Made by a program: the position numbers and the translations under genes. Shown here piece by piece: positions 50,337 to 59,191 of a stretch of 64,000 nt of DNA. How positions within the stretch are numbered: position 1 is the first letter of the stretch; every line of letters starts with the position of its first letter. Source of the DNA: a virus (lineage: Duplodnaviria; Caudoviricetes); the IMG/VR virus record IMGVR_UViG_3300028833_000057, positions 96,001 through 160,000 of that record. The stretch is one strand, 5' to 3'. Under the pieces are notes generated by a model. The model saw only the letters and a list, made by a program, of their open reading frames with translations. It was not told where the DNA came from and searched no databases.

Positions 50337-50900
50337 CTAATTAATGTCTAATATTTCTGACTCCTTAGGATATACCTTTTTGTAAAGATGCCTATAAATA
50401 GATTTAAATAATTTATCCTTTATAAAAATATCTTTGTATTTGTCTAAGAAGTATAATAGATTATATCGGTCAAATTTATCAGATGGTATCTCACTTATAT
50501 CCATTAAACGTGTACTAGGAATTATTTCATTGTTAAGCGATTTTTGGCGCATGTTCTCCATGACCTGTAAATTACCGCGTATATGACTAATAGTAGGATC
50601 AGTTATACATTCCTGATATACTTCTATAACATCACCTTGTTTGATTGGATTTCCCTTCTTATATTTTTTTCCGTTTAGAAGGGCTTCAGCCCGTATAATT
50701 CCTTTATCTCGCATAATGCTAAGAACTTGAGATAAAAAATCTTTAGATGCATCTAATTCTATACCATTTGGGCTAGATCTATGAAAGATATGCATCGTTA
50801 TATTTTCCATCAGTTTATAAGCTCTTACTCCGCTTGTATTAGGCATTGGATGTATTACGTCCATATTGCCAAAATAAAGTATTGTTTTAGTATCATTCAT
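50337..50900 (-). CDS. Hypothetical protein
   Basis: 187 aa, AAGGAG SD, early motif ~50932. Confidence 0.7.
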   Translation of the reverse strand: MNDTKTILYFGNMDVIHPMPNTSGVRAYKLMENITMHIFHRSSPNGIELDASKDFLSQVLSIMRDKGIIRAEALLNGKKYKKGNPIKQGDVIEVYQECITDPTISHIRGNLQVMENMRQKSLNNEIIPSTRLMDISEIPSDKFDRYNLLYFLDKYKDIFIKDKLFKSIYRHLYKKVYPKESEILDIN

Positions 50901-51002
50901 AATGACTCCTTGATATTAAACGATACATATCTTAATATAAGGAAGCGTAATGAAAAATTTCGATTATTTTGTATATGAAATCTATTTTAATCTTTATAGA
51001 AA

Positions 51003-51498
51003 AAAGAAGTGGCTAGCTTCTTCCCACATCCTTCTAGGGATGTGTAAGTCCGTTTCTAAGTCTATCTAGTCCTCGCCTATGATGTTGCCACCCGGCTCTT
51101 AGATCCCATCTTTCCATTCCGCAACCTTGGTAGGTACATCGAAACGTGAGTCGCGCTTTCCACGACGGGTTACCCAGTTGCCTACTGGAAAATGAATTTT
51201 AACCTTTGCTATGGGCTACGTATTTTCATGCGTATCGCTATTGTTTCAATGGTCATGATAGACCCTGATGCTATTGCATAGTAGCGCATGCTGTCAGGCT
51301 TACTTTTGTTTTTATGAGTCCTGCTTCATTTTACAGTCTCAACCTAGCTATTCATACATATTTGACGCTATGTATGCGTTTAACGTCAGCTAGGATGCTG
51401 TGCCACCTTAACGGTTTTCAGTGACACTTGACGATATCATAACACGTTTGACCATACCGATCCTCTTAGGAGTTAGTATCTTATACTATGATACACGT
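51003..51498 (-). ncRNA. Candidate large structured ncRNA 3 (~490 nt)
   Basis: ORF-free and GC-enriched; promoter motif 51500-51507; more than 10 helices including a pseudoknot; terminal hairpin + U-tract. Confidence 0.7.
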
Positions 51499-51557
51499 TT
51501 TAATATAATATTATTAAAATGATCTTTACGTTTATTTATATGAAGTTATCCGTCAAA

Positions 51558-51569
51558 AACACATCATTA
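51558..51569 (+). promoter_or_regulatory. Late-type promoter motif AACA-N6-T(A/G), representative
   Basis: AACA CATCAT TA; the same spacing at 20026, 26314, 31743 and 44933; variants at 53777, 59140, 60158, 61428, 63513 and 25835-25846 (minus). Confidence 0.65.
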
Positions 51570-51586
51570 TAAATAGGAAAATTATT

Positions 51587-53086
51587 ATGCAATTAGTATT
51601 ACCTGATGTAAACAAAATCGTTGAGCAAAATAGGCTCCCAGAAGTTACCAATCCAGTTTACCTAGATGGTAGTAATACCCCTACTTCCGATGGCATTTTC
51701 AGTTATGAACTATTTGGTAGGCCAGGTAGTGCCAAACGTAAATTTCAATTTGGTTATATTGATCTTGGAAAGCACTTTATTCAGCCATTAGCTTATGTCC
51801 AAATGGCAAAGTTATTCTCAAAATTACCAGATATTATCAATGGTACTAAGAAATTCACCATTGCTAAGAATGGTTTTCTTATTGAAGATGAGGAAAAAGG
51901 TGGTACTGGTATTGAATGGCTATACGAGAATTTTGATAGAATAAACTTTGATGATCGTGGTACTGCTAGTCGTAAAAAGAAAATAGAGATATTTACAGCA
52001 TATTCTAAGAATGAGATATTTACATCTAAATGGCTGACTATACCTCCATTCTATTTTGACATTAATTTAAGAACTGCAGAAGGTGCTAGATCTATTGATG
52101 AACTTGGATCACTTTATATTAAACTTTTGTCTATGACTAAGATCTTAAAGAATGAAGGTGCATTCTTTACTGCTTATAATATGGAGCATACAATTCAAGA
52201 TACTCTTGTTCAGATCTACAAGCTATTGTCTAGTAAGATCGCTATGAAAACTGGTTTGATCCATAGTTCTATTCTTGGTAAAAATATTGACTATACAGTT
52301 CGTGGAGTTATATCTACACCAATTATCCGTAAAGCAAATTCTTATAGAGACCAGCAAGTTCCATATGGCTATGTAGGCGTTCCATTATATATGGTGGCTA
52401 CAGCTATGTTCCCGTTTATGATTTCAGAACTTGAAAAGTTTATGCAATCAATGAATGCTTATAAAGTATTTATTTCTAATAGTGTTGGACATGAGATTAT
52501 AGAAGATACTATTGATAATATTTCTTCTACAAACTATGAAAAGCTAATTAAGCTGTATGCAAAGTCTCCAGAAAATCGTATGCAAGAATTCAAGGTAGAA
52601 ACACCTGATGGTGCAAATGCCTTAGCTCCATTTGAGAAATATCTAGGTAGACCTTTTACTATTACAGATCTATTATATCTTGCAGCTAGCGAATGTGTTA
52701 AGGATAAATTTGTCTTATTTACTAGATATCCGATTACTGACTATCGTAGTATCTGTCCTTATAAAACTACAATTCTTACAACAGAAGCTACTTGTCATAT
52801 GAGATTACTAGACAGTGATAGATTTGACTTTAAATTCTATCCAGATTTCACAAAGAAACCTATTTCTTGGATTGATAGTATTAGACCTCATTTCAGTTAC
52901 CTTACTGGTTTCGGTGCCGATTTCGATGGTGATACTATGAGCCTTAAATATGTATACTCACAAGAGGCTAACCTTGAACTTGCAAAGAATTTCTACAACC
53001 CGATGATGTTCTTGGATCCAAATGGTGGTGACTCCAGAGGTCTAATTAAAGACTCTATTTTATCACTTTATGAAATGACTAAGTAA
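51587..53086 (+). CDS. RNA polymerase beta' N-terminal piece with catalytic DFDGD (probably virion RNAP)
   Basis: DGIFSYELFG, FGYIDL, ILGKNIDYTVRGVI, TRYP, FGADFDGDTM; late motif 51558-51569. Confidence 0.92.
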   Translation: MQLVLPDVNKIVEQNRLPEVTNPVYLDGSNTPTSDGIFSYELFGRPGSAKRKFQFGYIDLGKHFIQPLAYVQMAKLFSKLPDIINGTKKFTIAKNGFLIEDEEKGGTGIEWLYENFDRINFDDRGTASRKKKIEIFTAYSKNEIFTSKWLTIPPFYFDINLRTAEGARSIDELGSLYIKLLSMTKILKNEGAFFTAYNMEHTIQDTLVQIYKLLSSKIAMKTGLIHSSILGKNIDYTVRGVISTPIIRKANSYRDQQVPYGYVGVPLYMVATAMFPFMISELEKFMQSMNAYKVFISNSVGHEIIEDTIDNISSTNYEKLIKLYAKSPENRMQEFKVETPDGANALAPFEKYLGRPFTITDLLYLAASECVKDKFVLFTRYPITDYRSICPYKTTILTTEATCHMRLLDSDRFDFKFYPDFTKKPISWIDSIRPHFSYLTGFGADFDGDTMSLKYVYSQEANLELAKNFYNPMMFLDPNGGDSRGLIKDSILSLYEMTK

Positions 53087-53122
53087 AAAATAAAAGGCTT
53101 TATAGCCTTTTATTTTTTTTTT
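53085..53122. terminator. Bidirectional intrinsic terminator (representative of many)
   Basis: AAAAAATAAAAGGCT-TTAT-AGCCTTTTATTTTTT between convergent genes; similar hairpins near 22270, 32650, 56520 and 62485. Confidence 0.8.
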
Positions 53123-53146
53123 ATTTAATATCTAGAATATACTAAC

Positions 53147-53731
53147 CTACAATGACAACAATGCTCTGATTATGCCTTCTCTATTTTTTAATGTGTCTTC
53201 ATATTGCCATAATGTATATTCTTTAGCATAAACATTATGAATCACTTCCTTAAGGATAAGTTCCTTCTTATTTATACTATTGCTATAAAACAGATCTTTC
53301 AATATAGAGCGTAAATATTTATCGTATTCATGCTGAATAAACCAGAAAATTCCTGCAGAATGTATCGGATTTGCATCTAATGGTAAAAATTTGGTTTCTG
53401 CATTTATTTCTATCTGACGGCTAGATATACTTAATGATCCAAGCATATATTCTTTATTCTTATCTAATTTAATCCATATATATGAGAAATTATCATTTAT
53501 TTGAACCTGTGATAATCCTCTTCTAACATGCATGCTCTTTGCGATAGATTCATCTAGTATATCATTTTTAGCATCAATTAATATTTTTCTTGTATCAAAA
53601 TTATCAGAATCGTATATACGACCTTCTGAAGCACATCCTACATATTTCCATCCATTTGACTCAGAAATAATTTCAATATATTTAAGAATTAGCTTATGTA
53701 TATGCTGATGATTAACTGAAACAGTTGCCAT
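53147..53731 (-). CDS. Hypothetical protein
   Basis: 194 aa, early motif ~53756. Confidence 0.7.
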   Translation of the reverse strand: MATVSVNHQHIHKLILKYIEIISESNGWKYVGCASEGRIYDSDNFDTRKILIDAKNDILDESIAKSMHVRRGLSQVQINDNFSYIWIKLDKNKEYMLGSLSISSRQIEINAETKFLPLDANPIHSAGIFWFIQHEYDKYLRSILKDLFYSNSINKKELILKEVIHNVYAKEYTLWQYEDTLKNREGIIRALLSL

Positions 53732-53809
53732 ATAAATTCCTATAGTTTACTATTTTTAATATATACATAAATTAAAGACTATATATTGAAATTAATAAAG
53801 GAAATTTTT

Positions 53810-55042
53810 ATGGCTAGCGTAATTCCTGATTCTCGAAATTTTAAACAAACCGAATCTGCATTTTTAAAACAGAGCTTATTCGATTATTCATCATATTTAA
53901 ATGCATTACCGCTTCTTGTTACTTACTATTCTAAAGACCATATGAATAGTACTTATGATGAAAATCTTCATACAGTACAAGAAATTCTTGGAGATGATTC
54001 TCCTATTAAATTTAATAAGATTAATGACTTCCCACTTTATAAAGCTTCCGTACTTGAAGGCACTGAAGATGAAAGTGAAGATGTTGGAACTGAAGGCGAT
54101 GTTCAAGGTACAGCAATCATACCTCCACAACAAGTATATCCTCGTGTAGATGACTTATTCCAAATTAAGTTCTACGGTAAAGAAACTGTATTTAGAGTTA
54201 GTTCTGTTAAGCGTTCTAATATCAAAGGAAAAACGTTTTTTGAAATCTCATACTATTTGTATAGTACCTTAGGTGATTCCGGAAATATTGATAAACAGGT
54301 ACAGAATGAATACAAGGTTGTTGGTAGTCCTTCTTCCGTAACAAAATCTGCTATTGTTGCAGTCGATAAAGCCGAAATCTGCGCAAAGCTCCAGACAAAG
54401 ATTAATAATCTTTTAAATAATCTTAAAGCATTCTATAATGATCAAGCAGAAGCATATATCATAGAAACTAGTTATAATATGTACAAATGGGATGAATGTG
54501 TTCATGCATTTGTATGCAATAATAAAGTATTTGATAAAGCTGGAGCATATAGAAATGAAGTCACGTTAAGACATATTGAAGCTGTAGATTATCCTGATAT
54601 GTATGAGCAGTATCAAGGATCTATATACTGGGCTTTAGAACATGGTGATTATAGTATGCTTAATCCAGAATTTACAGGAGCATCTTCTTGGGCAATATTT
54701 AGCTCTGAATCTCCTTTAAGATTCTTGCAAGATGCAACTATTAGTGGAGCAATATATAACTCAGGCAATATTAAAGCCAGCTATATGACAATATTTGGTA
54801 ATATTAAAGAATATTTAGAAGATACTAGCGGTGAAGTTCAGCCATCAGTTACTAATGCCGAAAATTATTTAAAGCTATTAAAGTATTACCATGATGAACC
54901 AAATATTGATGAGATAGATACATATATAAAAAGCATTATTCCAAAGCGCACTATATATGATTATTACTATCTGCCAATAGCTATATTCATATTTAAGAAT
55001 CTAATTGAACAAATAAAGAATATATACAACTTTAATAATTAA
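53810..55042 (+). CDS. Putative virion (neck/head-tail) protein
   Basis: Likely start MASVIP; late motif 53777-53788; VTYY, FPLY and YPRVDDLF segments. Confidence 0.55.
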   Translation: MASVIPDSRNFKQTESAFLKQSLFDYSSYLNALPLLVTYYSKDHMNSTYDENLHTVQEILGDDSPIKFNKINDFPLYKASVLEGTEDESEDVGTEGDVQGTAIIPPQQVYPRVDDLFQIKFYGKETVFRVSSVKRSNIKGKTFFEISYYLYSTLGDSGNIDKQVQNEYKVVGSPSSVTKSAIVAVDKAEICAKLQTKINNLLNNLKAFYNDQAEAYIIETSYNMYKWDECVHAFVCNNKVFDKAGAYRNEVTLRHIEAVDYPDMYEQYQGSIYWALEHGDYSMLNPEFTGASSWAIFSSESPLRFLQDATISGAIYNSGNIKASYMTIFGNIKEYLEDTSGEVQPSVTNAENYLKLLKYYHDEPNIDEIDTYIKSIIPKRTIYDYYYLPIAIFIFKNLIEQIKNIYNFNN

Positions 55043-55056
55043 GGATTAATGTTCTT

Positions 55057-55263
55057 ATGTTTTCTGAAATTTTAGAAAAAACTAAAGAAGATCCAAAAGA
55101 TCTAAATTCTAATTTAGAAATAATGGAACTTCTTAATGACGATTATGCTGAAGCTGAATTTTTTGCAAAGCTTCGTTCAAATTCAGAACTTACTGATGAG
55201 ATGATTGAGTCTCTAGAGTCTGAATTTGAAGCTTTGGATATTAATTCAGAAGCAAGACTTTAA
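55057..55263 (+). CDS. Small acidic protein
   Basis: 68 aa, AAGGA SD. Confidence 0.65.
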   Translation: MFSEILEKTKEDPKDLNSNLEIMELLNDDYAEAEFFAKLRSNSELTDEMIESLESEFEALDINSEARL

Positions 55264-55284
55264 ACTTAAACCAAAGGTAATATT

Positions 55285-55947
55285 ATGAAGAATCTTTTTA
55301 ACGAAGATGATTTCAATTCCCTCTTCGAATCTTCTGTGATCGATTCTGAAGGTAAGGGTCCGAAGAACAACACCAAGACTCCTGACGTTGGTGCTACTAA
55401 GGGCATGCAGTCTGATTTTGATAGCATGTTTGATGACCTTTTCAGTGATGCTGAAATGGGTGATGATCAGTCTGCTCCTGTTGCTAAGCAGCCGGATACT
55501 GGTGCTGCTGGTGGCTCTGTCGATCCTGAAGGTGAAGACAAGGGCAAGCAGGGTATTGAACCCCCGACCAAGAGCGAATGGGATTCTCTGTTTGAAACGG
55601 CAGATACTGATACTACTGATGAAGATCCTGCTAAATCTGAAGAAGAAAATAAGAAGGATGTTCCTCCTTCCGGAGATAAGATTCCTTGCGGTAAAAAGTG
55701 CAAGAAGAAAGGCGGTAAAAAGCTGAAGTCTGATTTTGAATCTCTCTTTGAAGATGATGATGTCGAAGATGATGATGATGAAACAGCTGAAGTTGAACCA
55801 GGTGAAGATGCTGATGTTCCTCCGGTTGAAGGCGAAAAGAAAGATGATAAGAAGAAGGATGATGCTGCTGCAGAAGTTGATTCTGTTGCTGACGAATTCG
55901 CTGACCTTATGTCTGACCTTGATGATCTGGAACTTACTGGTTTCTAA
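55285..55947 (+). CDS. Acidic disordered protein with repeated (D/E)-(F/W)-x-S-(L/M)-F-(D/E) motifs (scaffold-like)
   Basis: DFNSLFE, DFDSMFD, EWDSLFE, DFESLFE; strongly biased codons. Confidence 0.75.
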   Translation: MKNLFNEDDFNSLFESSVIDSEGKGPKNNTKTPDVGATKGMQSDFDSMFDDLFSDAEMGDDQSAPVAKQPDTGAAGGSVDPEGEDKGKQGIEPPTKSEWDSLFETADTDTTDEDPAKSEEENKKDVPPSGDKIPCGKKCKKKGGKKLKSDFESLFEDDDVEDDDDETAEVEPGEDADVPPVEGEKKDDKKKDDAAAEVDSVADEFADLMSDLDDLELTGF

Positions 55948-56011
55948 TTAAATCTTAATAAGTGACTAAGAATATCTTAGTCACTTATTACACCACAACA
56001 AGGAAAATATC

Positions 56012-56521
56012 ATGATTCACGTTACTATAGATTATACAGGGATCATTCCAGGTTTGGGGCGTGGTCCATTCACAAATATTCCTATATCTAATACAGCATA
56101 TTCACGCTTAAAGGCTATAGGCTATCCTATTAAGGTTCTTAATTCTAATACTATCGTTAGAAAGGTTTCTGCTAAAAAGGTAACTCCGATTACTAACACT
56201 AATCCAAGTGTTACACTGACTTCTTCTAAGTCCGCTAAACCTGAAACTGTTGAAGCAGTTGCACCTGCGGAAATCAATAAGACTACGGTTGTTGAAAAAC
56301 CTAAGAAAGAAGTTGTAGAAGAACCCAAGATAGAAGCAGTAGTTGAACCTGAAGTTACTACAGAAGTAACTGAACAGGAAGAAGCTAAAGTGCTTTCTGC
56401 TAAGGATCTTGATAATATGACTAAAGAAGAACTAGATAAGTTACTATATGTCTATACCACTGACAGACCATCTAGATATGGTAAGCCTTGGTTGATCAAG
56501 AAACTCAAAGAAGTTATGTAA
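56012..56521 (+). CDS. Hypothetical protein with E/P/V/T linker and C-terminal HeH/Rho-N-like motif
   Basis: LDNMTKEEL...KPWLIKKL. Confidence 0.65.
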   Translation: MIHVTIDYTGIIPGLGRGPFTNIPISNTAYSRLKAIGYPIKVLNSNTIVRKVSAKKVTPITNTNPSVTLTSSKSAKPETVEAVAPAEINKTTVVEKPKKEVVEEPKIEAVVEPEVTTEVTEQEEAKVLSAKDLDNMTKEELDKLLYVYTTDRPSRYGKPWLIKKLKEVM

Positions 56522-56559
56522 AAAAAAAAATATCCATAGCTAAGGCTATGGATATTAAT

Positions 56560-57195
56560 TTATCTTTGCGGGATCTTAGATAAATCTGGCTTATATGGAT
56601 CTTTATCTAATGACATTCTACCATTACTTTTACGATCACAATACCAAAGCATTGTATTAATCATAACTTTAGAAGATGTATATAGATCAAAATCTTTTAT
56701 AAACGCACAAAGTTGCATCATAGTATCAAATGATACAAATCCAGATTTATTTGGATCATTAATCATCATCATACAGCCAAGTTCTTGAGTACCATTATCA
56801 AGATCTCGGATGTGTGGCATGATCATTATGGATTTATTTCCAATTAGATTTTCAAGTTTATAACCATGTTTATAACTTGGATGAATTCCATAAGCTCGAT
56901 AGTCTTCATTATATACAAGAGCAGCATCCAAGAATTCGCGAATTTCCTGAAATCCTTCTTTAAGGGTTGCTAAATGTAAATATGAAGCCATTACGCTTTC
57001 AAATTCAGTACCGTTATTATACTTAAACACAATGTATTCACTTGAAGAGAATTTCAGATTCCAACCATCCTTACGTTTGAATTCATAAAACAAAGAATGT
57101 TTTTCATCTTCAGTTCTCACCATCAATTCAATAGAGATAGAACTCTTAGGTAAGACTACCAGAGTTTCAGTAACTACACTAGGCAGTCCACTCAT
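56560..57195 (-). CDS. Hypothetical protein
   Basis: 211 aa, overlaps the IF1 stop. Confidence 0.75.
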   Translation of the reverse strand: MSGLPSVVTETLVVLPKSSISIELMVRTEDEKHSLFYEFKRKDGWNLKFSSSEYIVFKYNNGTEFESVMASYLHLATLKEGFQEIREFLDAALVYNEDYRAYGIHPSYKHGYKLENLIGNKSIMIMPHIRDLDNGTQELGCMMMINDPNKSGFVSFDTMMQLCAFIKDFDLYTSSKVMINTMLWYCDRKSNGRMSLDKDPYKPDLSKIPQR

Positions 57196-57419
57196 TTCTT
57201 AGTAACCTTTTCTCTAAATACAATTCTACCACGAGTCAAGTCATATGGACTGACTTCTACATGAATAGTATCACCAGGAATAGTTCTAATAAAATTCTGT
57301 CGCATTTTACCAGATAAATATGCCTGTGTAAGTATACCATTTTCAAGACGGATTTTAAAGAAGAATCCGTTAACTTCTTCCACCGTTCCTTTAAGGACGA
57401 TGCCTTCTTCCTTAGCCAT
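57192..57419 (-). CDS. infA: Translation initiation factor IF-1
   Basis: MAKEEGI...LENG...AYLSGKMRQNFIR..PGD.I.VEVSPYDLTRGRIVFR. Confidence 0.97.
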   Translation of the reverse strand: MAKEEGIVLKGTVEEVNGFFFKIRLENGILTQAYLSGKMRQNFIRTIPGDTIHVEVSPYDLTRGRIVFREKVTKK

Positions 57420-57431
57420 TTTACCTCTTTG

Positions 57432-57707
57432 TTAGAATCTAGCTGAGTATATTTCTCGTTTATACATATCAAAAAGTTCTCTGATTTTATGTTCATGAAT
57501 AGCAGCTATTAAGCCTTTTATAATCTCGATATTATAATTTTGCAAAGTTGGTGAAGAACTTAATGTTCTTAGAATTTGCGGATATATATCTTCTAATAAA
57601 TTTAAATCATAAGTATTAAGTATTCTATGCTTAACAAATGAAATCACTTCTTTATTACATTTGTATATTGGTGATGTTGGATAGCATCTTATATGTAAGT
57701 TTATCAT
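57432..57707 (-). CDS. Hypothetical protein
   Basis: 91 aa in an overlapping operon. Confidence 0.6.
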   Translation of the reverse strand: MINLHIRCYPTSPIYKCNKEVISFVKHRILNTYDLNLLEDIYPQILRTLSSSPTLQNYNIEIIKGLIAAIHEHKIRELFDMYKREIYSARF

Positions 57708-57979
57708 CCTGTTAATCCAATTCTAAATGTGCTATTAACCATTTTATAATAATTATCTTTATTACTAATTTTATAAAATGCAAATACCAAGATTATATTT
57801 GGGACATGCTGATATTTATTTCTCCAGTTATTAAAATCTTTTTCTTCATTAACTATACGATCAACAGCATAATCCAATAATACTGGAAAATTTATTGGAA
57901 GGCCCAGAAATAGCACCTCCTGAATATAATCTGCCGGTACTATCCCTGTTAAATATTGTATCAAATTATGAAGATACAT
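57704..57979 (-). CDS. Hypothetical protein
   Basis: 91 aa, GAGGA SD. Confidence 0.6.
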   Translation of the reverse strand: MYLHNLIQYLTGIVPADYIQEVLFLGLPINFPVLLDYAVDRIVNEEKDFNNWRNKYQHVPNIILVFAFYKISNKDNYYKMVNSTFRIGLTG

Positions 57980-57988
57980 AAAATTCCT

Positions 57989-58291
57989 CTAGATCCATAA
58001 ACCAGGCAAGGTGTCTTCTCGTTCGGGAGTATAACGTTTCTTTAATACCATAAGTATATCAATATTTGTCACTATATCTGAAAAGTTATTACGACATCTT
58101 TGTAGCACTTCAAAAATGGGATATCTTACTTTTTCTATCTCTTTAAGATATTCTTCAATAAAATACTCTTTTTGGGGATATGTAATTACTATATCAGTAC
58201 ATTTATCCGCATACAAACTATGTCTCTGAAGTAATTGCCTGAGCAAATCCCTATATTCCCATGGAGTCATATAATTGTAACTATATATCAT
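57989..58291 (-). CDS. Hypothetical protein
   Basis: 100 aa, ATGA overlap. Confidence 0.6.
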   Translation of the reverse strand: MIYSYNYMTPWEYRDLLRQLLQRHSLYADKCTDIVITYPQKEYFIEEYLKEIEKVRYPIFEVLQRCRNNFSDIVTNIDILMVLKKRYTPEREDTLPGLWI

Positions 58292-58551
58292 TTTTGGGAT
58301 TCCTTAATTGCTACAAGTATGTCTTTGTAATCTATCGTACCACATCTCAAGCCATCCTTAATACATTCCAGTATAAATTCTTTATTATAAGAAGTAGCGA
58401 TTGTAGTATTCGATGTATCCAAATATAAATTCTTGTATGCAGTAGTTACCGTATCTAAAATAGCTTCATTGGCATTATCACGCAGACTGTTAACAACTCT
58501 TAAATATGCGTCTGTTCTATCGCTCATCTTTGGTCTCCTTGCATTTTGCAA
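58288..58551 (-). CDS. Small paralog C (shared C-terminal helical motif)
   Basis: KEFILECIKDGLRCGTIDYKDILVAI; probable start MSDR. Confidence 0.65.
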   Translation of the reverse strand: MQNARRPKMSDRTDAYLRVVNSLRDNANEAILDTVTTAYKNLYLDTSNTTIATSYNKEFILECIKDGLRCGTIDYKDILVAIKESQK

Positions 58552-58726
58552 AGACCATCAAAACGTCTTTAGCAGTAATTATATTGGATTTGATTGATTC
58601 TTCAAGATAGTACAGCATTGCTTCCTTAGTTGGAGGATTTATTTTATATATTGCTCGCTGCAATCTATCCTTATCAACTCTGCAAAGATCTTCCCAATTT
58701 ACTCTAGCATGATTACTAAATGCCAT
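58517..58726 (-). CDS. Small paralog B
   Basis: KEAMLYYLEESIKSNIITAKDVLMVF. Confidence 0.65.
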   Translation of the reverse strand: MAFSNHARVNWEDLCRVDKDRLQRAIYKINPPTKEAMLYYLEESIKSNIITAKDVLMVFAKCKETKDER

Positions 58727-59084
58727 CGGTTTTCTCCTTAACTTTAGAGAATACCATAATAATATCTTTTGTAGTTATTATACCCTTTAATAGAGCCTTC
58801 TCAATACATTCAAGCATATAGTCTTTATGTTCATATGGTTCAAGTCGTCTTATAGTACTAGACCATTTAGGTTCTTCAACACGAATAGTAGATGAAAGAT
58901 CTATATCTACATTTCCCAATTCTACAGATTCGCCATCGCTATCAATTACATGCATATTTCCGTTCTCATCTATTGAAAGATCTCCTGGTCTTGAAGGATG
59001 ATCTGTATAATTTAGTGTATTGGAAATAAATCCATGTATTTGATTATAAATGGAGTTTTCATTTTCAACTTCATCATCATTCAT
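58716..59084 (-). CDS. Small paralog A
   Basis: KDYMLECIEKALLKGIITTKDIIMVF; early motif ~59105. Confidence 0.65.
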   Translation of the reverse strand: MNDDEVENENSIYNQIHGFISNTLNYTDHPSRPGDLSIDENGNMHVIDSDGESVELGNVDIDLSSTIRVEEPKWSSTIRRLEPYEHKDYMLECIEKALLKGIITTKDIIMVFSKVKEKTDGI

Positions 59085-59191
59085 AAATTACCTTATAGCC
59101 TAATTTAATATAAAGATATAAAAAACTAAAAGGTAAAATAACCTATAATTGAATTATTAAATTCAAATACTTTTTAAAAAGGATTAAAATT

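Noticed and set aside
51003-51498. RNA3 as RNase P, tmRNA or group I intron
   Set aside because: AAGUCC and CCCGGCU on the plus strand are too close together and lack the GAGGAAAGUCC context; no tRNA-like ends; GAGACUGU has no matching P7 partner and no gene is interrupted
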